In this document: one piece after another, positions 55,575 through 64,000 of the stretch | Position numbering within the stretch: the stretch's first letter is position 1 | Layout: each line of letters opens with the position of its first letter | Program-made: the position numbers and the translations under genes | Notes under the pieces: model-generated | The model's input: only the letters and a program-made list of their open reading frames with translations | What the model was told of the DNA's origin: nothing | The model's database searches: none | NCBI GenBank assembly: GCA_964444545.1 | Contig: CAYUHG010000003.1 | Coordinates: 36,106-100,105 of the forward strand | Length of the DNA: 64,000 bases | Origin: an uncultured Rhizobium sp. | Lineage (GTDB): Bacteria; Pseudomonadota; Alphaproteobacteria; Rickettsiales; UBA1997 | Direction: 5' to 3'

Positions 55575-56942
55575 ATGAGAATGCTGGCAGCACAAGAATC
55601 TTGGCCATTTAGAAGCTATTTCATTTTTCTTATTCTCACCAGTTTTCTTGGAATTATTGCCTTAGGATTGGCAATTTTTTTGTTAGAAAAATCGGCTGCA
55701 ACTCCAGCAATTTTAGCCATCTATTTTGCTTTTTTCGTAATGGTTGGAACTTTTTTTACGGTTCTTTTCACCTTCAGAAAAAAAATATCGGAAGTAGCAA
55801 AAAAAGAACTGCTATTAAGTCAATTTTTACAAAGAAGTAATCTCTCTAAAACCACTTTTATCAAGTCTGCCAGCCATGATATTAAAAATTATGTATTCGG
55901 AATTTCTGGCCTACTTAAATTGATTTTACACAACAAAACTGAAGCAGAAATTAAAGCCAATGACGATCTAAAAATGATCGAAGCGCTGCAGCTTAAGTCG
56001 GAAGAATTAATGCGTTTTGTCGAAGATTTATTTGATACCAATCAAGATGAATGTGATGATCTAGATCCAAGCTACAGAAGGTTGTGTAACGTTATTGATC
56101 TAGCCCAAAGAATGGTGATTCTGAACAAAAATTTCGCCATGAAAAATCGAGTTAATTTGGAATTCGACAACAAAACCAATAACCAAATTGTTAAGGTTGA
56201 ATGTAACACCAAGCGCTTGAAACAAATTCTGCAAAATCTGATTCGTAACGCCATAAAATCTAGTGCCATCAATGACCTGGTAATCGTACAAATCTCGGCG
56301 ATTAATAATCATGTGCAAATTTCAGTAATCGATCAAGGCAACGGCAACAGCACAGATTCAATCAAAGATGCAAATTTAGATCAGCTCGATCCTCACAATT
56401 TGAGCTTTAATAACATGAGAAATTTGATCGAATCTTATCACGGCAAATTCGAGATAAATGCCGTAAAAGGTTATGGAACTGAAGTAAAAATTAATATTAT
56501 TGCGGCTCAAGATCACAACAGCTCTGAGCAAAAATTATACTCAGAAAATAGTATTGATAACAGCTTCGAAAACAAAGCAGTTCTGGTTGCAGAAGATAAT
56601 TTAATCACCAGTAAAGTTATAACTTTTCTGCTGCGCAAAATGGGTTTCAAAGTTAAGCATGTTGATAACGGCGCGGAAATTTTAGAACAACTCGACAATC
56701 AACATTTCGACCTAATTTTTCTCGACATCAATATGCCAAAACTTGGTGGATTTGAAACGGCTAAAACTATTCGCGAAGGCAAAGTTTTTAAGAGATTCAA
56801 AAATTACAACATTCCAATTATCGCAATCAGCACCGAGAAACAGCAGCTTTCTGACCTTAAAAATCACGGCATTAACATGATGCTTGGTAAACCATTTTCC
56901 GAAAAAGAGTTGATCGATTTTGTGATGGAATATGTGAAATAA
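55575..56942 (+). CDS. Hybrid kinase-like protein F: two TM helices, H-box, HATPase_c lacking a G2 box, receiver
   Basis: H-box FIKSASHDIKNYVFGISG, N-box LIRNAIKSS, G1 DQGNG. No GxGLGL-type G2 box is present; PHNLSFNNMRNLIESYHG sits in its place. The receiver has LIFLDINMP and LGKP. Confidence 0.7.
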   Translation: MRMLAAQESWPFRSYFIFLILTSFLGIIALGLAIFLLEKSAATPAILAIYFAFFVMVGTFFTVLFTFRKKISEVAKKELLLSQFLQRSNLSKTTFIKSASHDIKNYVFGISGLLKLILHNKTEAEIKANDDLKMIEALQLKSEELMRFVEDLFDTNQDECDDLDPSYRRLCNVIDLAQRMVILNKNFAMKNRVNLEFDNKTNNQIVKVECNTKRLKQILQNLIRNAIKSSAINDLVIVQISAINNHVQISVIDQGNGNSTDSIKDANLDQLDPHNLSFNNMRNLIESYHGKFEINAVKGYGTEVKINIIAAQDHNSSEQKLYSENSIDNSFENKAVLVAEDNLITSKVITFLLRKMGFKVKHVDNGAEILEQLDNQHFDLIFLDINMPKLGGFETAKTIREGKVFKRFKNYNIPIIAISTEKQQLSDLKNHGINMMLGKPFSEKELIDFVMEYVK

Positions 56943-56954
56943 ATTAGAACTAGA

Positions 56955-57833
56955 ATGAAAACTTCACTACCAACGCAATCACAAATTCATCAAGAAGCCA
57001 TCCAAGAAATCGCTGATAATATTTTAAAAGCCGGAAAAGATAAAATTGCTTTCATAATTTTATTCGGAGCTTTCGCCCGTGGTAGCTGGATTAGCTATCG
57101 TTATACCGAAAATGATGCAGTTTACGAATATACTTCTGATTATGATTTTTTGATTATCACCAAAAGCGGAAAACAAGCCAACAGCAGCGCCGGATTTGAC
57201 TTGGAGAGGAAAATCAAAAAAGAAATCGATAACTCAACTAAGGTTAAAAAAACTCATCGCGTTCACATCATTATCGAGTCAATTAATCGCGTTAATGAGG
57301 AGTTGGAAAAGTCACAATATTTTTTCTCCAGCATTAAAGAAGAAGGAATTATGCTTTATAATTGTGGCGAATATCAGCTGTCTAATTCTGAAAGTTTAAA
57401 TTCAGAACAACGCATCAAGATTGCTCGCGAGACTTATCAACATTGGTTTGAAAGTGCTGATGGATTTTTGATCGATTACGAAAATGCACGATCACGCAAT
57501 GATTTCAAAAAGTCGGCTCTTTATTTGCATCAAGCAACTGAAAGTCTGTATAACTGTACTTTACTTACCCTTGGAGGGTATAAGCCAAAATCTCATGATC
57601 TTGAAGAATTAAATCAGCTTTGTGCTGTTTATTCGGAAGATTTTCTCACTCTTTTTCCCAAAGCCAGCTCAGAACAAAAACAATGTTTTTCGTTGCTACA
57701 AAAATCATATATTGGATCGCGATATAACAAAGATTTCCAAGTTACCAAACAACAACTCGAATATTTGTTTTGCCAGATCAAGAAACTGCAAACAGTTGTG
57801 AAGAAAATTTGTGAAGAACGAATTGGTGTGTGA
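56955..57833 (+). CDS. Fused nucleotidyltransferase (MNT-like) plus HEPN domain protein
   Basis: N-terminal NTase motif ILFGAFARGSW ... SDYDFLIIT (GxxxRG ... DxD). C-terminal HEPN-like ALYLHQATESLYNCTLLTLGGYKPKSHDLEEL and YIGSRYNKDF. Confidence 0.65.
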   Translation: MKTSLPTQSQIHQEAIQEIADNILKAGKDKIAFIILFGAFARGSWISYRYTENDAVYEYTSDYDFLIITKSGKQANSSAGFDLERKIKKEIDNSTKVKKTHRVHIIIESINRVNEELEKSQYFFSSIKEEGIMLYNCGEYQLSNSESLNSEQRIKIARETYQHWFESADGFLIDYENARSRNDFKKSALYLHQATESLYNCTLLTLGGYKPKSHDLEELNQLCAVYSEDFLTLFPKASSEQKQCFSLLQKSYIGSRYNKDFQVTKQQLEYLFCQIKKLQTVVKKICEERIGV

Positions 57834-58553
57834 TTAATTCTTTAAAGAATCGAGCAACTTTACCAACTCAGCATGGTCAAAATAAAGCGGCAACGCACCA
57901 CTTCTGCCAGCAAGATCTTGTGCCGTGATTGTTTTAGAAATTTGATTGCCGGAATGACCATAAACAACCGGACGGCATCCTGAATTGTAAGCACATTCGA
58001 TATCAGCGATGGTGTCGCCAACAAACCAAACTTCATCTTTTTTTGGATCAATTCCACTTCCCATCAAAGCCAGATTAACTGGTGCTACACTTGGCTTATC
58101 AGAATCAGCATCTGTTGCGCCAATTAGAGAAAAAAACTTTTTATCAACGCCAATTTTTTTTGCTTCTTTGCGCAAAGTTGCACCGATTTTATTGCTAACC
58201 AGAAACTGCAACACACCTTTTTCTTCAAGCTTGTTAATCAGATTTAGAGCGTTTGGTAACAGTTCAATTTTTTCCAAATGCATTGAGCGATAAGCATTTT
58301 TATAAATCTCGCCTGCCTTCTCCCAATCACTACCAAAAATCATGGGGAAAGATTCACGCATCGATTTATGCACATTATCACGCACTTTTTCCAAACCCCA
58401 CGGCTCTTTACCCATTGCGGTCATAGTTTTATCAATTGCGGCGTGAATCAAAGGCCAAGTATCAACCAAAGTATTATCCCAATCAAAAATCACTGCTTTT
58501 GGTTTTGGCAAAGCCAAAAAAGCTTCGCGATTTTTTGTAAAATTATCTGTCAT
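57834..58553 (-). CDS. HAD-superfamily hydrolase (phosphoglycolate phosphatase-like)
   Basis: Motif I VIFDWDNTLVDT, motif II LVSNK, motif IV VGDTIADIE. ATG 58553 lies 1 nt after the fdxA stop. Confidence 0.75.
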   Translation of the reverse strand: MTDNFTKNREAFLALPKPKAVIFDWDNTLVDTWPLIHAAIDKTMTAMGKEPWGLEKVRDNVHKSMRESFPMIFGSDWEKAGEIYKNAYRSMHLEKIELLPNALNLINKLEEKGVLQFLVSNKIGATLRKEAKKIGVDKKFFSLIGATDADSDKPSVAPVNLALMGSGIDPKKDEVWFVGDTIADIECAYNSGCRPVVYGHSGNQISKTITAQDLAGRSGALPLYFDHAELVKLLDSLKN

Positions 58554-58554
58554 A

Positions 58555-58899
58555 TTATTTTCTGGTTTGTCCCTGGAATCCGCGCGGATCAAAGAATTTT
58601 TCATATTTATTTTTCATGCCATCGAAGTCTTTAGCTTCCGGTAACGCATCTTTTTTCTTAGTAATTACTGGCCATTGTTTGGCATATTTGCGATTGATTT
58701 CGACCCAATTTGCTAAATCTGGAGATTCCGGAGAAATCGCTTCAGCTGGGCATTCCGGCACGCAAACACCGCAATCGATACATTCATCTGGATCAATCAC
58801 CAAAGTGTTTTCACCTTCATAAAAACAATCAACCGGACACACAGAAACACAGTCGGTATATTTGCACTTAATACAGTTATCAGTAACGACGTAGGTCAT
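58555..58899 (-). CDS. fdxA: Ferredoxin, FdxA-type with two Fe-S cluster motifs
   Basis: [14 protein letters not shown] and [12 protein letters not shown] cysteine motifs. 114 aa. Confidence 0.9.
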   Translation of the reverse strand: MTYVVTDNCIKCKYTDCVSVCPVDCFYEGENTLVIDPDECIDCGVCVPECPAEAISPESPDLANWVEINRKYAKQWPVITKKKDALPEAKDFDGMKNKYEKFFDPRGFQGQTRK

Positions 58900-58915
58900 A
58901 TAAAATAAAGATTTT

Positions 58916-59003
58916 CTTACTGATTGTCATCCTGAGCAAAGCAAAGGATCTCGAGTTTAGCTTTACGAGATCCTTCGCTTTGCTCAGGATGACAATCAGT
59001 AAG
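58916..59003. repeat. Long near-perfect palindrome (38-bp arms, 12-nt loop)
   Basis: cttactgattgtcatcctgagcaaagcaaaggatctcg (58916-58953) pairs with 58966-59003, with a single A/C mismatch at 58943/58976. Lies between the ccmC stop and the fdxA start. Confidence 0.85.
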
Positions 59004-59011
59004 ATAACAAA

Positions 59012-59710
59012 TTAATATTTTTGGATTTTTTTCTGTAAAATCTCCGTTTTTACACGAATCGACGAAACAAAAACAAAATAAGAAAAATAAACACCAAACA
59101 TTAAAAGCAAAGGCTTGAGCATTGCTGGATCAATTGCCACACCACCAGATCTTATAATACTTGCGGGCTGATGAAGCGAGTTCCAATACTCAACCGAAAA
59201 TTTGATGATCGGTACATTAATAAAACCAACGATCGAAATTATCGCGGCAATTTTTTCACCCTTCTCGCGGTCATCAAATGAGTCGAGCAAAATCATGTAA
59301 CCAAGGTAGAGAAAAAATAAAATCAGAACTGATGTAAGTCGCGCATCCCACACCCACCAAGTGCCCCAGATCGGCTTGCCCCAGATCGCACCAGTCACCA
59401 AAGTAATAAAACAAAACATTGCCCCCACAACCGCAATTGATCGCGCAATCAAATAAAAAAACGGATTTTTCCAAATAAATCCCGACAAGTTGAATACCGC
59501 TAGCAGGGTATAAACCAATAACGACATCCAAGCCGCCGGAACGTGAACATACATCATTTTCACCGCGTTGCCCTGCTGGTAATCATCCGGCGAATTCACA
59601 ATCGCCACAGCCGCCAAAACCAAAAACACCAAAAAACAACCAAAAGAAAACGGCGCGAAAAAGCGAAAATTTTTCTCGAAATTTTGTCGTCCAAAAAGTT
59701 GTTTAATCAT
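59012..59710 (-). CDS. ccmC: Heme exporter protein C (cytochrome c maturation)
   Basis: Six TM helices and the Trp-rich motif WGKPIWGTWWVWDARL. ATG 59710 lies directly after the hisS stop. Confidence 0.9.
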   Translation of the reverse strand: MIKQLFGRQNFEKNFRFFAPFSFGCFLVFLVLAAVAIVNSPDDYQQGNAVKMMYVHVPAAWMSLLVYTLLAVFNLSGFIWKNPFFYLIARSIAVVGAMFCFITLVTGAIWGKPIWGTWWVWDARLTSVLILFFLYLGYMILLDSFDDREKGEKIAAIISIVGFINVPIIKFSVEYWNSLHQPASIIRSGGVAIDPAMLKPLLLMFGVYFSYFVFVSSIRVKTEILQKKIQKY

Positions 59711-59711
59711 A

Positions 59712-60965
59712 TTAGATTTTACCTTCAAGATAGTGAATCAGAAGCTCAGATTTGACTTTTTGTTCAGTTGAGTGATCGAAATCTTTCACGGAAACTTCAC
59801 CGTTTTGCATTTCACTTTCGCCGATGATGACCACAAAACGTGAGTTGTTTTGAGAGGCGCGTTTCATTTGTTTTTTGAAATTTCCATCCAACACAAATTC
59901 AGTGACGAAACCATTGCAACGCAACTTCTGAGCGATTTCAAAAGCGTAAGATTTTTCTTTGGCAGAAATGTAATTCACCGCAACTGGACGTGATTTTTGT
60001 GGTTCTAATTTTGCCAAAAGCATCAAGCGCTCAACACCAGCAGCAAAGCCGATTGCCGGTACTTTTTTGCCCGACATTTTTTCTACCAAATTATCGTAAC
60101 GACCACCAGCCAAAACGGTGTTTTGTGCACCTTCAACCGCCATTACAAACTCAAAAACTGTCGAAGTGTAATAATCTAAACCGCGTACTAAACGTTGATT
60201 GACGCGATATTTCACGCCGAATTTGTCGAGAAGTTTTAGGATCGCGGCAAAATTTTCTCGCGCTTCATCTGAATAAAATTTCGAAATTTCTGGGGCATCG
60301 ACAAGAAGATCAATGTCTTGCTGCTCTTTAGAGTCAAGAATGCGAAGCGGATTTTTCTCAAGTCGCATTTGTGAATCGCGCGATAATTCATTTTTAAATT
60401 TCGCAAAATATTCGCCCAAAGCTGCTTCGTAATTTCTTTTAGTTTCAACACAGCCCAAAGAATTTATTTCGAGAGTTGTTTTATCTAAAACTCCCAAACC
60501 CTTTAAAACTGATGCTGCAAGCAAGATTGCCTCGACATCACAAAAATAATTTTCTTCACCAAAAACTTCGAAATTAATTTGATGAAACTGACGCTGACGA
60601 CCTTTTTGCGGACGATCGTAGCGAAAAATTGGCCCGTAAGAAAAAAACTTTTTCGGTAAAACTTGTTGCAATTCGCCATTCGAAATTAAAGCGCGCACCA
60701 CGCCAGCTGTAAACTCTGGACGTAGTGTTAACATGTTATCACCACGATCAGGAAACTTATAAACTTCTTTTGAAACTATGTCGGAAGCTTCGCCGAGATT
60801 GCGTTCAAATACTTCGCTAAATTCAAAAATTGGCGTTTGTAATTCTTCAAAACCGAAGAACTCACTCTTTTTTCTAGCTGTTTCGACGATGTGATTAAAA
60901 ATCTTAATATCATCGCCAAATAAATCTTTAGTGCCGCGAACCGGCTGTAACTTATGATCTGACAT
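59712..60965 (-). CDS. hisS: Histidine--tRNA ligase
   Basis: Class II motifs LRPEFTAGVVRA, FRYDRPQKGRQRQFHQ, GGRYDNL, plus a C-terminal anticodon-binding domain. Confidence 0.9.
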   Translation of the reverse strand: MSDHKLQPVRGTKDLFGDDIKIFNHIVETARKKSEFFGFEELQTPIFEFSEVFERNLGEASDIVSKEVYKFPDRGDNMLTLRPEFTAGVVRALISNGELQQVLPKKFFSYGPIFRYDRPQKGRQRQFHQINFEVFGEENYFCDVEAILLAASVLKGLGVLDKTTLEINSLGCVETKRNYEAALGEYFAKFKNELSRDSQMRLEKNPLRILDSKEQQDIDLLVDAPEISKFYSDEARENFAAILKLLDKFGVKYRVNQRLVRGLDYYTSTVFEFVMAVEGAQNTVLAGGRYDNLVEKMSGKKVPAIGFAAGVERLMLLAKLEPQKSRPVAVNYISAKEKSYAFEIAQKLRCNGFVTEFVLDGNFKKQMKRASQNNSRFVVIIGESEMQNGEVSVKDFDHSTEQKVKSELLIHYLEGKI

Positions 60966-60973
60966 TACTAGTT

Positions 60974-62389
60974 TTATTGTTTTTTAGTTTTCTTTACCGG
61001 TTTTGCTTTTTCTACCGGTTTTGGATTCTGCACTACTGGTTCCTGTACTGGAGCAGCTGCTGGAGCTGGAGTAAAGGCTTCCATCAATTTTGTTCCGACT
61101 TCCATCGCGGAAATATTGTTAATGAAAGTATCGAAACCATCATTTTTGTCGCGCTTAATTTCGAAAGCCAAAGTACTATCAATAGTCTGTGAATTTTGTG
61201 CCGCCAATTCTTTGATAATCGCCACAACCTTACTGATCTTGGCTTGATCATCGGCTTGGTCTTTTGCCAACTGAGGATTTCCGCTGCTAAATCTGTTCGA
61301 TTCACTTACGATCAATTGAACTAGCTCATCAAAGTGTTCAATCTTCATATTCAACACTCCCGAAGGAAAAGGAATCACGTCTTCTGGATAAGTATTAACC
61401 TTACCGTTAAGCGCAATTTTATAGGCATTGCTGGCAAATTCGAAATTGTTCAAATCAAGCGCAACCGAATATGGCGCAGCTTTTCTTTGGTACATCGATT
61501 TTGATTCTGGCGGAATTGTTGCCATTTGATCTGCTGGCAAGGTGTCTATCATCTTATCACCATTCTCAACCAACTCTAATGACATTTTAAGTGTTACACT
61601 GCTTTTGCTCAACTTACCTTCAGGTTTTGCATTAGATGGTAGCGTTGATGCCGCAAGATTGGCATCTGAAATATTTTTATCCGCACTAATTTTTTTGTAG
61701 ATATAATCTAAGTTGAAATATTCGAAATCTTTAACATTAGCATCAATTTTAAGCGTGGTTTTTTTGTCTTTATCAGTTACGTAAGAAACATCCGCGAAAG
61801 ATGAAGCTGCAGAAAAAATTACATTGTCTTTTTCATCAAAAATCTGAGATCCGCTATCTTGGTGCTTATATCCGATCACGTCACCATCAACATAAATTTC
61901 GGTTTTGGACTCTTTTTCTTTTCCCGATAAAATAACTTTTCTGGTTAGATTATCAGTAATTTTATACCCCGAGCTAGAGTAGTTAAGTTGTGAAATTTCC
62001 TGATTTCCCTTGGTAACGATTTCAATTTTAGTGTCTGAATCTAATTCAACTTTAATGTTAAAATTTTCCTTGGAACTGGATAGGTTAATAGCTTCCGGAA
62101 GGCTGACAGAGTAAGTTGAAGAAAATAAACCGGTTTGAGCTTCAATTGATTTAAAACTAATTATTCCTCCATTTTCCGGTGCAGTGAATTTCAAATCTTT
62201 CACAACAATTTTTTGGGAAAGAGGAAATCCTGAAATCGCGATTTCACCGACTGACAAATGCTCGCTATCCTTACTAACAAATTCGTTAATTTGTTTTTTG
62301 AACTGGCTGGTTTTGAAGAACCAAATACCGCTATACGCTGACAAAGAAACAACAGCAACAGCCGCTGGAATAACGACGATTTTTTTCAT
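60974..62389 (-). CDS. Hypothetical signal-anchored envelope protein with Pro/Ala/Lys-rich tail (possibly DUF2125-like)
   Basis: N-terminal MKKIVVIPAAVAVVSLSAYSGIWFF and C-terminal PAPAAAPVQEPVVQNPKPVEKAKPVKKTKKQ. The family assignment is a weak recollection. Confidence 0.4.
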   Translation of the reverse strand: MKKIVVIPAAVAVVSLSAYSGIWFFKTSQFKKQINEFVSKDSEHLSVGEIAISGFPLSQKIVVKDLKFTAPENGGIISFKSIEAQTGLFSSTYSVSLPEAINLSSSKENFNIKVELDSDTKIEIVTKGNQEISQLNYSSSGYKITDNLTRKVILSGKEKESKTEIYVDGDVIGYKHQDSGSQIFDEKDNVIFSAASSFADVSYVTDKDKKTTLKIDANVKDFEYFNLDYIYKKISADKNISDANLAASTLPSNAKPEGKLSKSSVTLKMSLELVENGDKMIDTLPADQMATIPPESKSMYQRKAAPYSVALDLNNFEFASNAYKIALNGKVNTYPEDVIPFPSGVLNMKIEHFDELVQLIVSESNRFSSGNPQLAKDQADDQAKISKVVAIIKELAAQNSQTIDSTLAFEIKRDKNDGFDTFINNISAMEVGTKLMEAFTPAPAAAPVQEPVVQNPKPVEKAKPVKKTKKQ

Positions 62390-62566
62390 ATTTGAGGTAA
62401 TTTTTTAGAAGTTTGAACACCACAAAAAATATGCAGAAGCGACAGAATTATACAACATCAATATCATAGAAATTTACACAGTTTAACACTTACACTTGAA
62501 GCAATAAAAAAAGCCGCTTAAAAAGCTCGCTCTCACTTGCTTTCACGTCAGTTAAAATCATCCAAA

Positions 62567-64000
62567 ATGTCTCTAAAAAATATCCGCAACTTCTCAATTG
62601 TTGCCCATATCGATCACGGAAAATCAACACTTTCCGACCGCTTAATTCAAGAATGCGGCGCAATTTCCGATCGCGAAATGACAGCCCAAATTCTCGACTC
62701 GATGGAAATCGAAAAAGAACGCGGCATCACAATTAAAGCACAAACTGTGCGTTTGATGTACAAAGCTGACGATGGTGAAACTTACATGTTAAACCTAATG
62801 GACACACCTGGTCACGTCGATTTCGGTTACGAAGTCAGCCGCTGTTTAGCTGCGTGCGAAGGTTCAATTCTTGTCGTCGATTCCACTCAAGGTGTTGAAG
62901 CACAAACTTTGGCCAACGTTTATCAAGCAATTGATAACAACCACGAAATCGTTCCGGTTCTAAATAAAATCGACCTTCCCGCTTCCAATCCTGAAGACGT
63001 AAAAAAACAAATCGAAGAAGTTATCGGCATCGACACTTCGGAAGCGATTTTAGTTTCCGCTAAAACTGGCGTTGGTATTCACGATACTTTGGAAGCTGTG
63101 GTCAAAAAACTTCCAGCACCAAAAGGTAATCCAAATGGCGCCTTCAAAGCCTTATTGATTGACAGCTGGTATGATCCTTACTTGGGCGTAATCATTCTTG
63201 TACGCGTGATTGATGGCTCAATCAAAAAAGGGCAAAAAATAAAAATGATGGCAGCCAACGCCACTTATCAAGTCGATTCTGTTGGTTTCTTCACCCCGAA
63301 GAAAAATTTCTGTGAAGATCTAAAAGCCGGTGAAGTTGGATTTATCAATGCTCAAATCAAACAAGTTGCTGATTGTAAAGTTGGCGACACGCTGGTGTTG
63401 GCAAACGACGAAACCACACAACCACTTCCGGGTTTCAAACAAAATCAGCCAGTAGTTTTCTGCGGCATTTATCCAATCGATTCTTCTGAGTTCGAAAAAT
63501 TCCGCGATGCTTTGGCAAAATTGCACTTAAACGATGCCAGTTTCGAATATGAAACTGAAACCTCTTCTGCCCTTGGCTATGGATTTCGCTGCGGCTTCTT
63601 AGGACTTCTGCATTTAGAAATTATTCAAGAACGTTTAGAGCGCGAATTTGACTTAGATTTGATCACCACCGCACCTTCAGTAATCTACAACATTCACTTG
63701 CGCCACGCCAACACCGCCGGCGAAAAACTTTTACACATTCACTCGCCAGCTGAAATGCCTGATCCAACTCACATCGATTTCATGGAAGAGCCGTGGATTA
63801 AGGCTACAATCATGACTCCAGATGAATATCTTGGCGCAGTGCTGGATTTATGCACGCAAAAACGTGGCATCCAGAAAGAGTTAAGCTATGTCGGCGATCG
63901 TGCTATGTTGGTCTATCGTTTACCGTTGAACGAAATTGTTTACGACTTTTACGATCGTTTGAAATCATGCTCGCGTGGGTACGCCAGCTTCGATTGGCAC
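62567..64000 (+). CDS. lepA: Elongation factor 4 (LepA), N-terminal 478 codons; the 3' end lies beyond the window
   Basis: Absent from the ORF track because no stop is reached. My own translation from ATG 62567 gives [31 protein letters not shown], then DTPGHVDF and NKID. Confidence 0.9.
   Translation, partial: MSLKNIRNFSIVAHIDHGKSTLSDRLIQECGAISDREMTAQILDSMEIEKERGITIKAQTVRLMYKADDGETYMLNLMDTPGHVDFGYEVSRCLAACEGSILVVDSTQGVEAQTLANVYQAIDNNHEIVPVLNKIDLPASNPEDVKKQIEEVIGIDTSEAILVSAKTGVGIHDTLEAVVKKLPAPKGNPNGAFKALLIDSWYDPYLGVIILVRVIDGSIKKGQKIKMMAANATYQVDSVGFFTPKKNFCEDLKAGEVGFINAQIKQVADCKVGDTLVLANDETTQPLPGFKQNQPVVFCGIYPIDSSEFEKFRDALAKLHLNDASFEYETETSSALGYGFRCGFLGLLHLEIIQERLEREFDLDLITTAPSVIYNIHLRHANTAGEKLLHIHSPAEMPDPTHIDFMEEPWIKATIMTPDEYLGAVLDLCTQKRGIQKELSYVGDRAMLVYRLPLNEIVYDFYDRLKSCSRGYASFDWH

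Noticed and set aside
56955-58553. NTase-HEPN plus neighbours as a defence island
   Set aside because: Only one defence-like gene is present. The neighbours are a HAD hydrolase and ferredoxin, and there are no nucleases, helicases, methyltransferases or integrases. I kept it as a single-gene observation only.
1-64000. tRNA, rRNA, tmRNA or other structured RNA genes in the GC-richer intergenic spots (13.9 kb, 23.35 kb, 39.8 kb, 58.95 kb)
   Set aside because: None shows cloverleaf-compatible stems, a TPsiC-type GTTCGAATC box or rRNA-like conserved blocks. The GC-rich spots are simple long palindromes. A covariance-model scan would still be the proper test.

Overview
The window is 64 kb of densely coding, AT-rich bacterial chromosome (roughly one third G+C by eye). 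I found no rRNA, tRNA, CRISPR array, transposase or prophage gene. All protein calls come from reading the supplied translations for family motifs. No database search or HMM was run.

Gene content points to an alphaproteobacterium of the Rickettsiales/Holosporales type, probably host-associated: duplicated F0 b/b' subunits, a long Rickettsia-type Icd, a detached nuoABC, and an ankyrin-repeat protein.

About two thirds of the window is housekeeping backbone:
- nusA-infB, cytochrome b561, hisF, lnt
- icd, an MscS-family channel, rfbCD plus two glycosyltransferase-like genes
- argB, a compact purN-def-pilC-like-bioD-like string, argG, folC
- nuoABC, dapA, atpB-E-b'-b, pheT
- fdxA, ccmC, hisS, lepA

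The unusual part is a signalling island of about 21 kb (36.0-56.9 kb). It has two parts:
- An apparent operon of Hpt, a YfiR-like protein, a TonB-dependent receptor and a LuxI/FeeM-like acyltransferase. It is divergent from a hybrid kinase with a large Cache-like periplasmic domain, which is followed by a FadL-type outer-membrane channel.
- An array of six sensor kinases. Four carry a CqsS/LqsS-like multi-helix membrane sensor. One is a chimera whose kinase core is nearly identical at DNA level to a neighbour's. One has a degenerate ATP lid.

A hot-dog-fold orphan is embedded in the array, and no CqsA/LqsA-type synthase is visible. This looks like a lipid-signal sensing system that has not been described, though that is a hypothesis.

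Other points worth a second look:
- two tandem GT-C-like giant membrane paralogs
- a 15-bp in-frame minisatellite with copy number 0 to 3 across the kinase paralogs
- two long GC-rich palindromes
- a fused NTase-HEPN protein
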